In this document: in pieces, positions 47,546-62,794 of the stretch
Layout of the letters: each line of letters starts with the position of its first letter
Position numbering within the stretch: position 1 is the first letter of the stretch
NCBI RefSeq assembly: GCF_009914755.1
Contig: NC_060934.1
DNA length: 64,000 nucleotides
Source of the DNA: the human T2T-CHM13v2.0 reference genome, Homo sapiens
Reading direction: 5' to 3' (one strand)
The notes under the pieces: generated by a model
Told to the model about the DNA's origin: nothing
Databases searched by the model: none
What the model saw: only the letters and a program-made list of their open reading frames with translations
Program-made: the position numbers and the translations under genes

Positions 47546-49039
47546 GGGACTATCCTAGCTCTCTAGGAGGACTCATAGCAGAGGTGGCCTTGTTTCCTTT
47601 CATGGTTGAGCAAGGTGTTTGGGATCCAGAGCCATTATCTCAAGAAAAGGAGTTATGGGGAATGAGAAGATAAATTTGGCTTACTGTCTCCATGCTAAAG
47701 TAGCAGGAGAAAGCCCTCCTCTCCTCTTCACATAAATGCCTTCTGCCTTCTCTCCTTTTAAGTATCAGTCTAAAGCCTTCAGTCCCCAATGCTTAAGGCC
47801 TCTGGGGAGGAGCGAAGCCTACCACAATGAAAACAGAATTTTCATATAGAAAACAGAGTGTGTGATGGATGTAGAATTCAGTCTTCCCTCTCTGGGCAGA
47901 AGCAAAATACTGGTAATGGAAATGCTTAGGATCCCAATGAAGACTGGATTATTTGGGAAGTGAAAGTGCTTTTGTGTCCCTCTTCCTAAAGAAAGGCAAG
48001 AATTCCACCAAATCTTTTATATAATTTGGTGTTAAAAGCCTTCAATAAGCCAAAAAGTAGTTTATTTCCCATACAGGTCTCAAAAGTATCTCAGCAAAGG
48101 CAGCTCAGAGACCCAGCAAGAAAGAAACTATTTCTGGTCTCATTGATTTTCGCTCCTTCTGTCATGGGAAGTTCAACAGGAAAAGGTCTCAAACACAATA
48201 TTTCATTCAAATTGCTCTGCCAGATTCAGGAGCAACCACATGAAAGATATCTGGATGTGAGGAGTTGCAAGAGATGAAGAAAGAAGTACTATAAATGCAT
48301 TAGTGGTTCAGTAAATCTATTAAAACATCCACTCAATAAAACAACATGGAATCCTATTCATTATGTAGAAGAGAAAACCATCGTAGCAGGAATGGATGGG
48401 TTCGTCTTTGTCTACTGGAACCTTTTTTAAATTAAACTCTTCATAAATGACTGAGAAATTCTACTTAACATTCAAGCCTTGACTGCAGGAGTTTTTGCTC
48501 GGTGAATAGGAGAGAAATTAGGCAATACATCAGGAAGAGGGCATTATGCATTTGGGAGCTGCTCGGCTCACAGTAACTCAGGGCTCAGAACCAGGCTTTC
48601 CAATAACTGCAGAGGGCCTGACTGCTTGAAATAGCCTCGGCCCTGTTGGATTTCAGTGGCTGCTCATGCCTTAGAGCTTTTTTTCCTGAACACATTCTCA
48701 AGATGCTGTCAGATATGAGCTCCTATCTCCTTGCAAGCTGATTAGCTGATAAGGAAAATCAGCACCAAAGGTTAGAGAGCAGGCATCTTGCACAAGAAAG
48801 ACAGGCTTCATCCTCTCCACTTTCCCCTCCTGCAGAATGAAACTGGGTTCAACACAAATTCTCAAGTTAATGGGCTGTAAATATCTGGCAGCTAGGGCAG
48901 TTGCACAGGGCTGAGAGCCACAAGTCAGCCCTGGCACCCCAGGAAATGAGTTCACCATCTTCAGCTCCTCCAAATCTGCATTTGCTGGAGGCACAGGCTG
49001 GGAGCAAACACCTGGAGGTGGAAGAGGGGGCCAGCTAGA

Positions 49040-49058
49040 CGGCTCCCCCTAGTGGGAG
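49040..49058 (-). promoter_or_regulatory. CTCF motif (minus strand CTCCCACTAGGGGGAGCCG)
   Basis: CCACTAGGGGGAGC, one substitution from consensus CCACTAGGGGGCGC. Confidence 0.6.
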
Positions 49059-49173
49059 ACTGGATCAATGCCCCAGAACCACACCTCTTAAATGGGATAT
49101 CGACTGCATCTTGAAGAAGGGTCCCCAAAGACTTTCATGTGACTCCACAAACATCTTGAAAGAAAATACTCAC

Positions 49174-49278
49174 CTCACAATATCTCTGGGACTTTGGCTT
49201 TTTCCTCAGTAAATTCGGGAGTGGAAGAGTGAAGCCTTCTTTATCTTTCAACCAGAAAGTTGTTTGCTCTCCTTTGCC
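49174..49278 (-). pseudogene. GUCY2GP: GUCY2GP last coding exon with 1-bp deletion: GKGEQTTFWLKDKEGFTLPLP/-/EFTEEKAKVPEIL* (ancestral TGA 49177-49175)
   Basis: CCACAG| acceptor; KGKG...T.WL motif; frameshift at ~49216-49217; GTGAGT donor 1 nt after the stop. Confidence 0.9.
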
Positions 49279-50205
49279 CTGTGGGAGGCAAAGGAAGGCC
49301 CTGGGGAATCGCTGGCAGGGTTGGGGTGGGGCTGGCGGGCTGCCTGTAATGCATGGCCTCTGGGCAGATGTCTGAGGTCTGTCTTACTTGCTGGGACAGT
49401 GGGAGCTCCCTCCCTCCACAAGCAAAAGGCCTCCTTACAGATAAAATCTTACTGATTTTCTTGGGCTTTGCTGATAAGCCTGCATGGCCAGGCAGCAATG
49501 TCCTAGGGGGTGACAGTCCACGGAGACTAAAGCTTGTTGCAAAGAAAATCTTTTAAAAATAATAATAAAATCTACTGCACTCTTAGTATGAGTGGGACAC
49601 CCAGTGAAGCGCCTCACATCCATGTCCACATTTACTCCTCACATCCACCCTTCAAGGACGGTATTATCACCACCCCCATTTTGCAGATGACAAAAACAAG
49701 CCCTCAAACTCAGACAGCTGGTCAGTAGCAGGAATGGGTTCCAAGCTATGGCTAAATGCCGCCTTCTAGAAAAGTCTTCCTCTTACTGAAGTCAGTTGAT
49801 TGAATACAGAATGCTAAGGCCAGGCTAAGCAAAACTGGGGAGTTGATGCCACTGCCTTCCCTTCTACTTCTTTTTCTGGACTGGGGTGTTCAAGAGGAAG
49901 CTAGGGGACCATTTGTAGCCAAAAAAAAAAAAACGAGAGAGAGAAAAGAAAAAAAGAAAGCATTCCCTAAGGGGTTGGTTTAGCTGGGAGTTAAGGTGTT
50001 CTCTGTTGAAGATTCCACGTTTGATCATTTGAGGGAACTTCTTCTCCTCTGAAGGAAGAAGATCTGGCAGTCATGAGTGCCTCCAGGGGAACCTTAGAGG
50101 TCTCCCTGCATCACTCCATGGAGATGCATCCATCCCGCTAAGTTCCTCGATGTCTCTATCAGAGACCCAAACAGGGCAGGCAGGGCATGGTTGGCCTGGT
50201 CTTAC

Positions 50206-50297
50206 CTTGACTGGAATGGTGCCTCTCTTTAGCAAATCGTACCCTCCCAATGCCACCAGGGTGCTTGCAGTGCTCTGAGAGACATGAATCCGGAGAG
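50206..50297 (-). pseudogene. GUCY2GP: GUCY2GP exon, 92 nt: LRIHVSQSTASTLVALGGYDLLKRGTIPVK
   Basis: GGCAG| acceptor, AAG|GTAAGA donor; inside ORF 50071..50304. Confidence 0.93.
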
Positions 50298-50702
50298 CTG
50301 CCATAAACCAGTCACTGCTTAGTTATCAACTTATCAGTGGAGTGTCAGTGGGGTAGGGGCTGCTTTGGAGAGGGAACCTACACTGCTTGAATTCTCTGAT
50401 CACCAGGACTTTTCATTAAGCAAATCACAGACGACTTCTCTGAAGTCTGGGACTCTTAGGTTGGGATTCTCAACCATTCTGACATTGCTCAATCATTGTT
50501 GAGTCCTGCTCAAAACCTTAGTGCATTCAGTTTGGAAACAGAAGGCAGAACTGATTCAGCATACAAGGTAATCCCCATGGAGGGCAGTTCACTGGGCTCC
50601 TCAGCTGGGACATTTTACTGAAAATGTTGTTTGTAACCAGAAATGCAATTAGAATCAGGTCTAGATCCTTTATAAGCAGCTCTAGCTTCAAAGTTTATCC
50701 TA

Positions 50703-51030
<328 letters not shown>

Positions 51031-51296
51031 TTCTTGTTTGAGACTCGGTTAACTTAAACAATGAATGTGTTTTTATATAATGTGGAAAATTTACAATATA
51101 AAACAATGTTAATCATCTAAGCCTTTTTGAAACTGACATCACTGAGTAATTCTTTTTTACATGTCTCATCTGACAAATGGCATACGAGTGCCTGGGAATG
51201 GTAATGCAATAAAATTACTATAAAGCAAAAGAATGTAATATTCCCTGGAGGTCCTGGCTATAGATTTCTTCTGTACCACCAAGAATATACTCTACC

Positions 51297-51633
51297 TCGG
51301 AGAAGGGCAGATTATCACCTATGGGCCAAATCCAGTCCACTACTTGTGTTTGCAAATAAAGCTTTATTGGAACATGGCCATGCCTGTTGATTGACATATT
51401 GTCTATTGCTGCTTTTGAGCTACAACAGCACTTAAGTAGTTGCAACAAAGATTCTATGGCCCCTGAAGCCTGAAATATTTACTGTCTGGCCCTGTATAGA
51501 AAAGGTTTTCCGGGCCAGGCACAGTGCTTCATGCCAGCTAATCCCAGCACTTTGGGAGGCCGAAGTGGGTGGATCGCTTGAGGTCAGGAGTTCAAGACCA
51601 GCCTGACCAACATGGTGAAACCCAGTCTCTACT

Positions 51634-51685
<52 letters not shown>

Positions 51686-51862
51686 TAGCCGGGCGTGGTG
51701 GCGCATGCCTGTAATCCCAGCTACTCAGAAGGCTGAGGCAGGAGAATCGCTTGAACCCAGGAGGCAGAGGTCACAATGACCTAAGATCACACCACTGCAC
51801 TCCAGCCTGGGTGACACAGTGAGACTCCATCTCAAAAAAAAGAAAAAGCTTTCCAACTCCTG
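51297..51862. mobile_element. MER58A-like element interrupted by Alu (+, 51513-51847) that carries (AC)~24 in its linker
   Basis: GGGCCAAATCCAG...AATAAAGCTTTATTGGAACA...GCCTGAAATATTTACTGTCTGGCCCT motifs; Alu consensus. Confidence 0.8.
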
Positions 51863-52147
51863 CTCTTCATTTAAGTGATTATATGTGCCTGTGATTGCTT
51901 AGGACTGAAAGTCATAGAAAAAAGGAGGCTGCGTGTATTTGCATGGTTCTAACAAGAGCAGAGTGCAAAACCCTGTCTATAAAGCATGTGATCAGTGTTG
52001 CCTGAAGTGGATAATGATCTTAACCTCCAGATGGAAAACAGTAGGCAAAAAGCAAATGCATCTTCTAAAAGTATCCCCTGGTTAAAGCTAGGGGCCTGGA
52101 GGGAGATAACAATATTGTGTTTACAAAGTGTTGTCAGTGATACCCAC

Positions 52148-52246
52148 GTGAACTGCTGCTCTCCATTCTGGATGCCATGTTGACAGTGTCTCCAAATAGA
52201 CAGTATCTGGACATGGTAATCCCCAGCACACCAGCCACCACAGGAC
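52148..52246 (-). pseudogene. GUCY2GP: GUCY2GP exon, 99 nt: (G)[32 protein letters not shown](P)
   Basis: CTTTAG| acceptor, C|GTGGGT donor; cyclase signature motif. Confidence 0.94.
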
Positions 52247-52793
52247 CTAAAGAATGAAGAACCAAAGGCCATAACCGCTCTGCATTGCCCGAGGCTGGAC
52301 TCGACGATACGCATCAGATGAACAAATGTAGTGATGCACCCTCTTGGGGCAAATTGGCAATAGGTTTTAGGGTTTACAGAAAGGAAACCGACAGAACCCA
52401 CAAACACCTGCTGGAAAGCGACATCATCATTAAATGACCATGTCACTCACGAACTAGAGCTGTGAACAATGCCAATAGTGGTACAAACATGGGAGCAATT
52501 CATTCTGACTGAGGATCGGGTTTTATCTTTGTTGAGCCTTGGAAGATAGGTAGCATAACTGGCTACAAAATTTGCTGGAACAAGTGCAGAGTGAAAACAC
52601 AGGACACTCTGTGCAAAAATGATTAAGAATTTCCAGACAGTGACAGAAAGAGCGTGAAACCAAGCATGCATCACTTCTGCACAGATCACATGCCCATGAG
52701 TTAGCAAACACAGAGCATATCAAAGGGCATTTGATGCTAAGGCATGGAAGAAAATTAGCCCTGTAGAACCCATCCTGGGTTTTGGTCTCTTCC

Positions 52794-53091
52794 TTTTTTT
52801 TTTTTTTTTTTGAAAGAGTTTTGCTTTGTTGCCCAGGCTGGAGGCAGTGGCACGATGTCAGCTCACTGCAACCTCTGCCTTTCAGGTTCAAGCAATTCTC
52901 ACGCCTCAGCCTCCTGAGTAGCTGAGATTATAGGTGCCTGCCACCACACCCAGCTGGTTTTCTGTATTTTAGTACAGACAGGGTTTCACCATGTTGCCCA
53001 GGTTGGTCTCAAACTCCTGAGCTCAGGCAATCCACCCATCTCGGCCTCCCAAATTGCTAGGATTACAGGCGTGAGCCACTGTGCCCAGTCC
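52794..53091 (-). mobile_element. AluS
   Basis: Antisense Alu consensus. Confidence 0.93.
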
Positions 53092-53308
53092 TTACTTTTG
53101 GTTGAATACATTGAAGCCATTGTGTGTCCTTGTTGTTACCAAGCAACCTAGCTAAATAGAAATACACATGCAGAGACAATTCAAACTTTTATTTCCCCTA
53201 AAGATGTTACTGTTCAATGTCCAGGTTCCTAAAAGCCCTGGACCTAGGAGTGGAACCCGGAACTACCTGCTGCCATCCCTGGACCATCAGGCCATCAGTT
53301 TTGTCTAC

Positions 53309-53482
53309 CTGTGTAGAGGCCAATACGAAGCTGGAGCTTCTCCTGGGGCATGTGCCCAATTTGGAAGCAGATGGTGGCACTGAGGAAGTGCAGGGACATG
53401 GTGGCAATCTCAGCCACATGCTGGCTTCCATTGTGGTAGGGAGTCCACTAGCCACCATGTATGCATCTCCAATGGTCTCAAC
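53309..53482 (-). pseudogene. GUCY2GP: GUCY2GP exon, 174 nt, with 1-bp deletion: VETIGDAYMVASGLP/-/HNGSQHVAEIATMSLHFLSATICFQIGHMPQEKLQLRIGLYT(G)
   Basis: Homologous sequence switches frame at ~53436-53437; exon is one nt too short for the phase required by the next exon. Confidence 0.93.
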
Positions 53483-55240
53483 CTGAAAACAAAGTGACAG
53501 AGTGACCTTTGTTTTCCATGAGGGAGGCCAAGGGTTGGGGTGGGGTCAGAGATTAAGGCCCCTCATTTGTCCCCAACCTTGAGGCCCCATGTTTGGACGC
53601 GTCACACTCCCTGACCTCCACCCCATGCAAGTTCCAGCATTTCTTCAGTTCCTGCCCTTGTCATGGCTCTTCCACAAAGCCCCCCTCACCCTCCTTCCCT
53701 GAGCCTCCCTCCCCACAGTCACTGTTTCCTCCTCTGAAATCCAATAGTAGCGGTGACTATATTTCCCCAGCCCAAATTCAGAACCAGTGAGACAGGGAGC
53801 AGTATGCTCCTAGAGTCAACCTTGAAGGGTGAGGTGGATCCGTCAAGCAGAGACCATCTCACCCAATATTATATATATATACACATTATATATATATAAT
53901 GTATGTATCTGCCTGTCTGTCCTCTTCCCCCTCCATCCTCCTAATAAAATCAGCTTTCAGATCTGTCATTCACAATAGAGAAATAAATGACAAGTAGAAG
54001 CTTAAAGTTACAGCCCTTTCCAGATACATTTGCATTTTAGCAGAATCCAAAGATGATGTGGTAAAGGCTGAATTTCAGGCATTAGCCAGACAGTAAGAAC
54101 ACCTCTGTCCTGGTGACCCTGAAATTACGCAAAGTCAACTATTCGACAAGCCTCACCTGCTTCCGGGTTTCCTCTCCCCACCGTGGTAACGTCCTTTAGA
54201 AATACAAACTAAGTTTTAATATGAGCTCAAGCAAAACACAACTGAGAAGGTAATACTAAGAGGAAAATCCCAGAAGATATCCTCCTAAGCAGGGCAGGTT
54301 CTGATTTTGTTGGGTGTGTGTGATCTACTCTTAAAGGTTATCTATACCATCCTTTCTTTCACCCTTGAACAGAGGCATCATTTGTGGGGAACACTGGGAG
54401 ATAAACATTGAAGACGTGTCACTGTGTCACTGAGATATGTGACCATATGACCACACTGTCCCCCAAATCTCGCTATCCCCAGGTCCACAGGCAGAGACAG
54501 GGCCCTGGGATTGTGGTCAGTGCTGGTGCACTTGTGGCTGCCCACCAGGCATGTATGAGCACAGGCACACGGTACTGTCCCTAGAGTCATGGGCTGACCC
54601 CTTCTAAAGAGTCAGAACACACAGAAAGCAGCCCTCATCACCACCACCACCCGGCAGTCATGAAGAGCCAAAACATTTCTGTTTTCCCCATCAAAAATGG
54701 TTTTCACTCCAGGTGACCGTGTCCTTCTATCTCCCACAGTAGCACCCGGCAGGGAATTGTTGCTGCCCCGCTTTTAGTCACAAGTCTGATAGTCTAAAAG
54801 TGGGAATCTTTCTTCACTCTTAATTGCTAAGGATCAGGACAACAGAGGTGAGACCCACACAAGATCCAAGGACAACCTTTGAAGGACAGTAAACAGGAGC
54901 CTCTCTGCCTCTGAAGGAAATGTATTTAGGAAAGACGGGAAGGAATTAGCCAGTGGAAGGTCAATGCCTCTTTTTAAAAAGTGTTTACTGTGAGATAAAA
55001 TAATGGAAGGAAACAGAGGAAACTGGTGAGTTTTGACAAGCACATACATCTGTGACTAATCAAGACCTTTTCCAAGAAAACAAACAGAAATAAAATATTG
55101 AGTTTCTGCCGTGAAGTGACATAGACTGAAATGGAGCTTCCTCCTGGCTGATGTCTGGAATCAGTTCCATTCTCCATCATGCCCCGGAGACAGCCTGCAA
55201 GGAGCACACGTGATCGCACAGTCAGGATGAGGCATCTCAC

Positions 55241-55433
55241 CTTATAAACATCATAAGTTGTGATGATGTGATCGAATAAACTGTACACGTCATTGAGGAG
55301 CTTGACGACTTGCAAAGGGGAGCTGAGAGAACACAGCTTTGTGAATCCAACAATATCAGATAAAAAGATTGTCACAGATTCGAAATGTTCTGGTTCCACG
55401 GACCTTCCGGCTAGTAGTTGTTCTCCAGTGAAG
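55241..55433 (-). pseudogene. GUCY2GP: GUCY2GP exon, 193 nt: [30 protein letters not shown]...YDVYK
   Basis: TTTCAG| acceptor, AAG|GTGAGA donor; inside ORF 54974..55456. Confidence 0.95.
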
Positions 55434-56027
55434 CTGAAACCAGAGAAACGGATCATTTTTGAATGGGATCTTATTCATCTCATCTCCTACAGACTCCTGC
55501 AAAGTTGTCCTCATTGGTCCTTTTGCTTCAATGGCTAAGCTTTTGGTTAACAAAATTCATTTTCTAGAGGAATTCTTTTAACATCCACTTCTCCAGTTGC
55601 ATTCTCTCTAAAGAGATATTTTAATTGACGTGTATAAATTGTGGGGGAGTAGGAGAGAGGGTCACATAATGCCTTTACAAAAAGGATTTTCTTTATGTAT
55701 ATTGGTTATAGAGTTAGGGTGTAAAGACTCTGCAGTTGTGGAAGGGAATATAATCATTCACCAATCCACAAATCAATTTCATTTCAGTCAACCAATCTCA
55801 TTAAAAATCCCTGCCCCCACTTCTTTGGTCTAGACATGCAAGAAGCGCACGGGAATTTTAACAGCAAATACTTCTGCCAAGTGTTGAGAGAGTGAACATA
55901 TAGAAACAGAACCAAAAATGAAGCAATATTTGAATGTGAAGCCACAGGTACATATTAAACTGTGTGGAGGTTTTGGACCTACAATCAAATACAGGGGAGG
56001 TAGCAATTAGTCGGACTCGTGAAACGA

Positions 56028-56046
56028 GGGCGCCATCTAGTGGCTA
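56028..56046 (-). promoter_or_regulatory. CTCF motif (minus strand TAGCCACTAGATGGCGCCC)
   Basis: Near-perfect match to CTCF core CCAC[C/T]AG[A/G]TGGCGC; local CpG retention. Confidence 0.75.
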
Positions 56047-56292
56047 CTCTCCTGTTGCTGCATCCACCACCCTCCACGTAAAAGACCGACTACAGCCTCT
56101 ATTTCTATGGATTCAGGAGAGTTTGCCTCTATCTCCCTTTACAGGTGTACCAAACTGCACAAAAAAAAATGCCTGACCCCTTTTAGAAGAACCTGACATT
56201 CTCTTAGAAAAATAATCATGGAAATAATCCCCCCTATGTGGGGCTGCTAGATGGTGATGCCGCAGCTTCAAGGCCCCAGTGCTTCCGAATAC

Positions 56293-56433
56293 CTGGGCAC
56301 TTTGGTGGACAGAAGCTTCTCCACCTTCCTCTTCTCTGCAGTCAGCTGGCTGGTCCTCTCTTGCACCACTTCCTCCAGGTAATTGGCATACACTTCCAGC
56401 TTGCTCATCACACTGGCCAGTATGCTCACATGA
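56293..56433 (-). pseudogene. GUCY2GP: GUCY2GP exon, 141 nt: [46 protein letters not shown](S), dimerisation helix
   Basis: TTAAAG| acceptor, AG|GTATTC donor; LE.Y...LE..V.ERT motif of receptor GCs. Confidence 0.92.
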
Positions 56434-57177
56434 CTTTAAAAGAAACCAGACATTGATGTTTTCTCCCAAGACCCTTAGGGCCTCAGTGGAACAGAGCTTC
56501 CAGCTACACATTCCAGGAAAATATTGCTTGCCTTTCAGGTGTCCTAGTTAAGGGTTGCCAACGGACATCGGGGAAGTGACAATGGCATTGCAGCCGCGTG
56601 ACAGGACAGAGCCTGCCTTTCATCAGCCCTCTAAGCTGCCTCCTTCATTTCTCTGAGCCTCACTTTACTCATTTGGAAAATGAAGATAATCACGCGTACC
56701 TCATGTACATACGATCACGTTGTTGTTCTGAGGATGTAGGGAGATAACATGCATAAAGTGTCTAGGGTCACGTCCAGGGCCACAGGCACTCAACAAATGG
56801 TGGCCTTCAATGGCCCATTCCCCACCTCCCAACAGACATTGAGAATGCAGATTTCAGGATGGGTCATTCCTTTCTTTTCAGACGGTCTAATGTAAGGGCA
56901 CTTCTAGATTCTATTAGTCCTTTGTTTTCGAAGCGTCTTCAGAGAACTCATTTAAATTCCTCATCTTCAGATGAGGAGACCTAGACTCACATAGGAAAAT
57001 AGATTTGTCATAACATTGAGGTCCATATTTTCTAAGTAAAAAATATGGGGATGTATCTTAAGCTTACTTAAGATGTATCTTTAGGTTAATTACCTTGATT
57101 TAATCATTCTACACAGTATACGTATTCCGAAACATCACATGGTATACCATAAATATAAACAATGTTTCACTTGTTAA

Positions 57178-57493
57178 TTTTAATTTTAATTTTATTTTAT
57201 TTTACATTTTTGAGATGGCGTCTTGCTCTGTCACCCAGGCTGGAGTACAGTGCTGCAATCTCAGCTCACAGCAACCTCCACCACCCAGGTTCAAGCGATT
57301 CTCCTGTCTCAGCCTCCTGAGTAGCTGGGGTTATAAGTGTGTGCCATCACGCCCAGCTAATTTTTGTATTTTTAGTAGAGATGGGGTTTCACCATGTTGG
57401 TCAGCCTGGTCTCAATCTCCTGATCTCAGGTGATCCACCTGCCACGGCGTCCCAAAGTGCTGGGATTATAGGCTTGAGCCACCACACCCAGCC
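57178..57493 (-). mobile_element. AluS
   Basis: Antisense Alu; TSD TCA(C/T)TTGTTAATTT. Confidence 0.93.
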
Positions 57494-57602
57494 TCATTTG
57501 TTAATTTTAAAAATCATTTAAAAATGATTTTTAAAATTTAAAAACTATTACGAGCTTGGAAATGCAGAACCCAGGGCTATTGTGTTAAGAATGCATAGCT
57601 GA

Positions 57603-57890
57603 GGCCAGATACGGTGGCTCTTGCCTGTAATCCCAGCACTTTGGGAGCCCAAGGCAGGCAGATCACCTGAGGTCAGGAGTCTGAGACCAGCCTGGCCAGC
57701 ATAGCGAAACCCTGTCTCTACTAAAAATACAAAAATTAGCCAGGCATGGTGGCACACACCTGCAGTCCTAGCTGCTCAGGAGGCTGAAGCATGAGAATCA
57801 CTTGAAGCCGGGAGGCAGAAATTGCAGTGAGCCAAGATCATGCCACTGCACTCCAGCCTGTGCAACAGAGCCAGACCCTGACTCCAAAAA
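57603..57890 (+). mobile_element. AluS
   Basis: Alu consensus; TSD AATGCATAGCTGA. Confidence 0.93.
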
Positions 57891-58502
57891 ATGTTTTGTT
57901 TTGTTTTTTTAAATAATGCATAGCTGAAGGTCCAAATTAAGAGTAGACACCTGATTCCTAGCCTGGGGCTCTTTCTACCAACTCAAGCTACCTCTAACAT
58001 GGGCATGTCTTCCTAAATTCATGTACTAAAAGATGATACAATTATCTGGTGTAAAGGAAGCTACTATTGAGAAAGTTGTTGGAGAGGAATGCGTAATTTA
58101 AGTCATAACCTACTCTATGGGTGGTGAGTAATTTTTATCCCACAGTCCAGTCCAAATTGATTAGCCTAACCCTTGGAATGCTGATTTGAAAAAGACTCTG
58201 AAGCCATGTCAAAACTCCCTGGAAACAAGGGCCTTAATTGATTAGTGACACCTGAGATAGACAAAGAAGGCAGTAGAATTATTAATATCTGATCCATTTT
58301 TGTGGCATTTATGAAATAAAGGAAAAATTTCTCACTCCACTGTAACCAGCATGTAGTACAGTGTTTTGTGTATGGTAAGCACTGAGTGAGTGTATGAGGA
58401 AGGAAGAAAGGAAGGAAGGAAGGGAGGAAGGGAGGAATGGAGGAAGGGAGGAGGGAGGAAGGGAATGAGTCACATAGAACCAATCACGGCCATATAGATT
58501 TA

Positions 58503-58810
58503 ATTTTGTTTTGTTTTGTTTTTTAGAAACAGGGTCTCGTTCTGTCACCCAGGCTGGAGTGCAGTGGCACAATCATAGCTCACTGCAGCCTTGACCTCCA
58601 GGGCTCAAGCAATTCTCAGCCCCCCTAAGAAACTCAAACTACAGGCTCACACCACCACGCCTGGCTAATTTTTTATTTTATTTTATTTTTTATAGATACA
58701 GAAACTCACCATGTTGCCCAGGCTGGTCTTGAACTCCCGGCCTCAAGGGATCCTCCTGCCTTAGCCTCCTAAATCACTGGGATTACATGCATGAGCCACC
58801 ATGCCCAGCA
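58503..58810 (-). mobile_element. AluJ
   Basis: AATCATAGCTCACTGCAGCCTTGACCTCC, GGCTCAAGC diagnostics. Confidence 0.9.
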
Positions 58811-58870
58811 GCTCTAAAATCCTAATGGTTAACTGAGTGAGAGCAAATATCTGTTGCACATCTAACTCAC

Positions 58871-59048
58871 CCTCTGGGACTGGCCTCTCGTAAAGTTTTC
58901 TTGATGGAAGAGAAACTGGGTCTTTTCTCCAGAGATTCATCCCAACACACCCTCACCATGGCCACGATCTTTTCATTGCCCTTCTCCTCGGGCAGGGAAG
59001 GTTGCAGTGGGACTGCTGCTGCAGGGTCTTTGATTTGGTTGATGATTT
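58871..59048 (-). pseudogene. GUCY2GP: GUCY2GP exon, 178 nt: (E)IINQIKDPAAAVPLQPSLPEEKGNEKIVAMVRVCWDESLEKRPSFSSIKKTLREASPR(G)
   Basis: TTTCAG| acceptor, GG|GTGAGT donor, open frame, kinase subdomain XI CW..RP.F motif. Confidence 0.92.
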
Positions 59049-59584
59049 CTGAAATTCATGTTGGGTTTAGACAGCCAAACATCAGAACTTTGTGCCACTT
59101 ACTACACTTCATTTTCAATAGTAATTGTGCTCTTATATTTGTAAACTGAGTTTTTAAATAAATAGAACAGATTAGAATTCCAAAGTAATCTGGATATTTT
59201 AATAGGAATACTCTGAGAATCTGCCTGGAAAATGAACAATTCTAATGAAAAACATATAAACAAACATCCTCCTAATTAATTTGTTTTCAAATCAAGATTT
59301 TTTAAAATAGAACTTTGCTTGAGGAGAAGCATATCTCTATATGATTTCAGGAATGTATAGGCATTTCGTGTTGGAAACCCCCAAAGCGCGCTTCATGCAA
59401 TTTTGTTAAATTTTCTGTAATATGTCGCAGAAATGCTATTTTAACACGTAATAAATGTTACCATCATGTCCTGCCTCTCTGTCCGATTTTCTAAACCTAA
59501 TTTTTCCCACTTCTTCACTGGCTCCTACTGACATTTATTAAACATTCTGCTTAACCAGATGTTGTCAAGAAAATAATATTTTGA

Positions 59585-62170
<2,586 letters not shown>

Positions 62171-62228
62171 TGTACATGTTTAATGCCTAAAAGTATTCTG
62201 AAAGTATGTGCATTAAAAAGCACTCTAG

Positions 62229-62517
62229 GAGGCGCAGTGGCTCACGCCTGTAATCCCAGCACTTTAGGAGCCCAAGATGGGCGGATCACTTGAGGTCAAG
62301 AGTTCGAGACCAGCCTGGCCAACATGGTGAAACCCTCTCTCTACTAAAAATACAAAAATTAGCCTGGCATGGTGGTGGATGCCTGTAGTCCCAGCTGCTC
62401 AGGAGGCCAAGGCAGAATTGCTTGAACCCGGGAGGTAGAGGCTGCAGTGAGCCGAGATCACGCCATCACACTCCAGCCTGAGCGACAGAGAGAGATTCCA
62501 TCTCAAAAAAAAAAAAA
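62229..62517 (+). mobile_element. AluS
   Basis: Alu consensus; TSD AAAAAG(C/T)ACTCT. Confidence 0.93.
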
Positions 62518-62794
62518 GTACTCTGGAAAATTGTGTTTTACTTCCCAAATGAAGTACAATTTGAGACATGAGACAGCAATGGCTTCAAAAGCAGTGACTG
62601 AATTACTATGGCATCTTCTGCTTTCTGTGTTTAGCTCTAAGAAATGCATGAAAGAATCAGAAAAATGACATAGGACTTCGAGAGCAAATTCAGACCCATG
62701 GGACTGCACTTCAGAGCACATGTGTGAATTACCTAGTAACTTCTAACCAGCTGTTTCCATCCTATAATCTTTAACCGTCTACTAGACATGTTAG

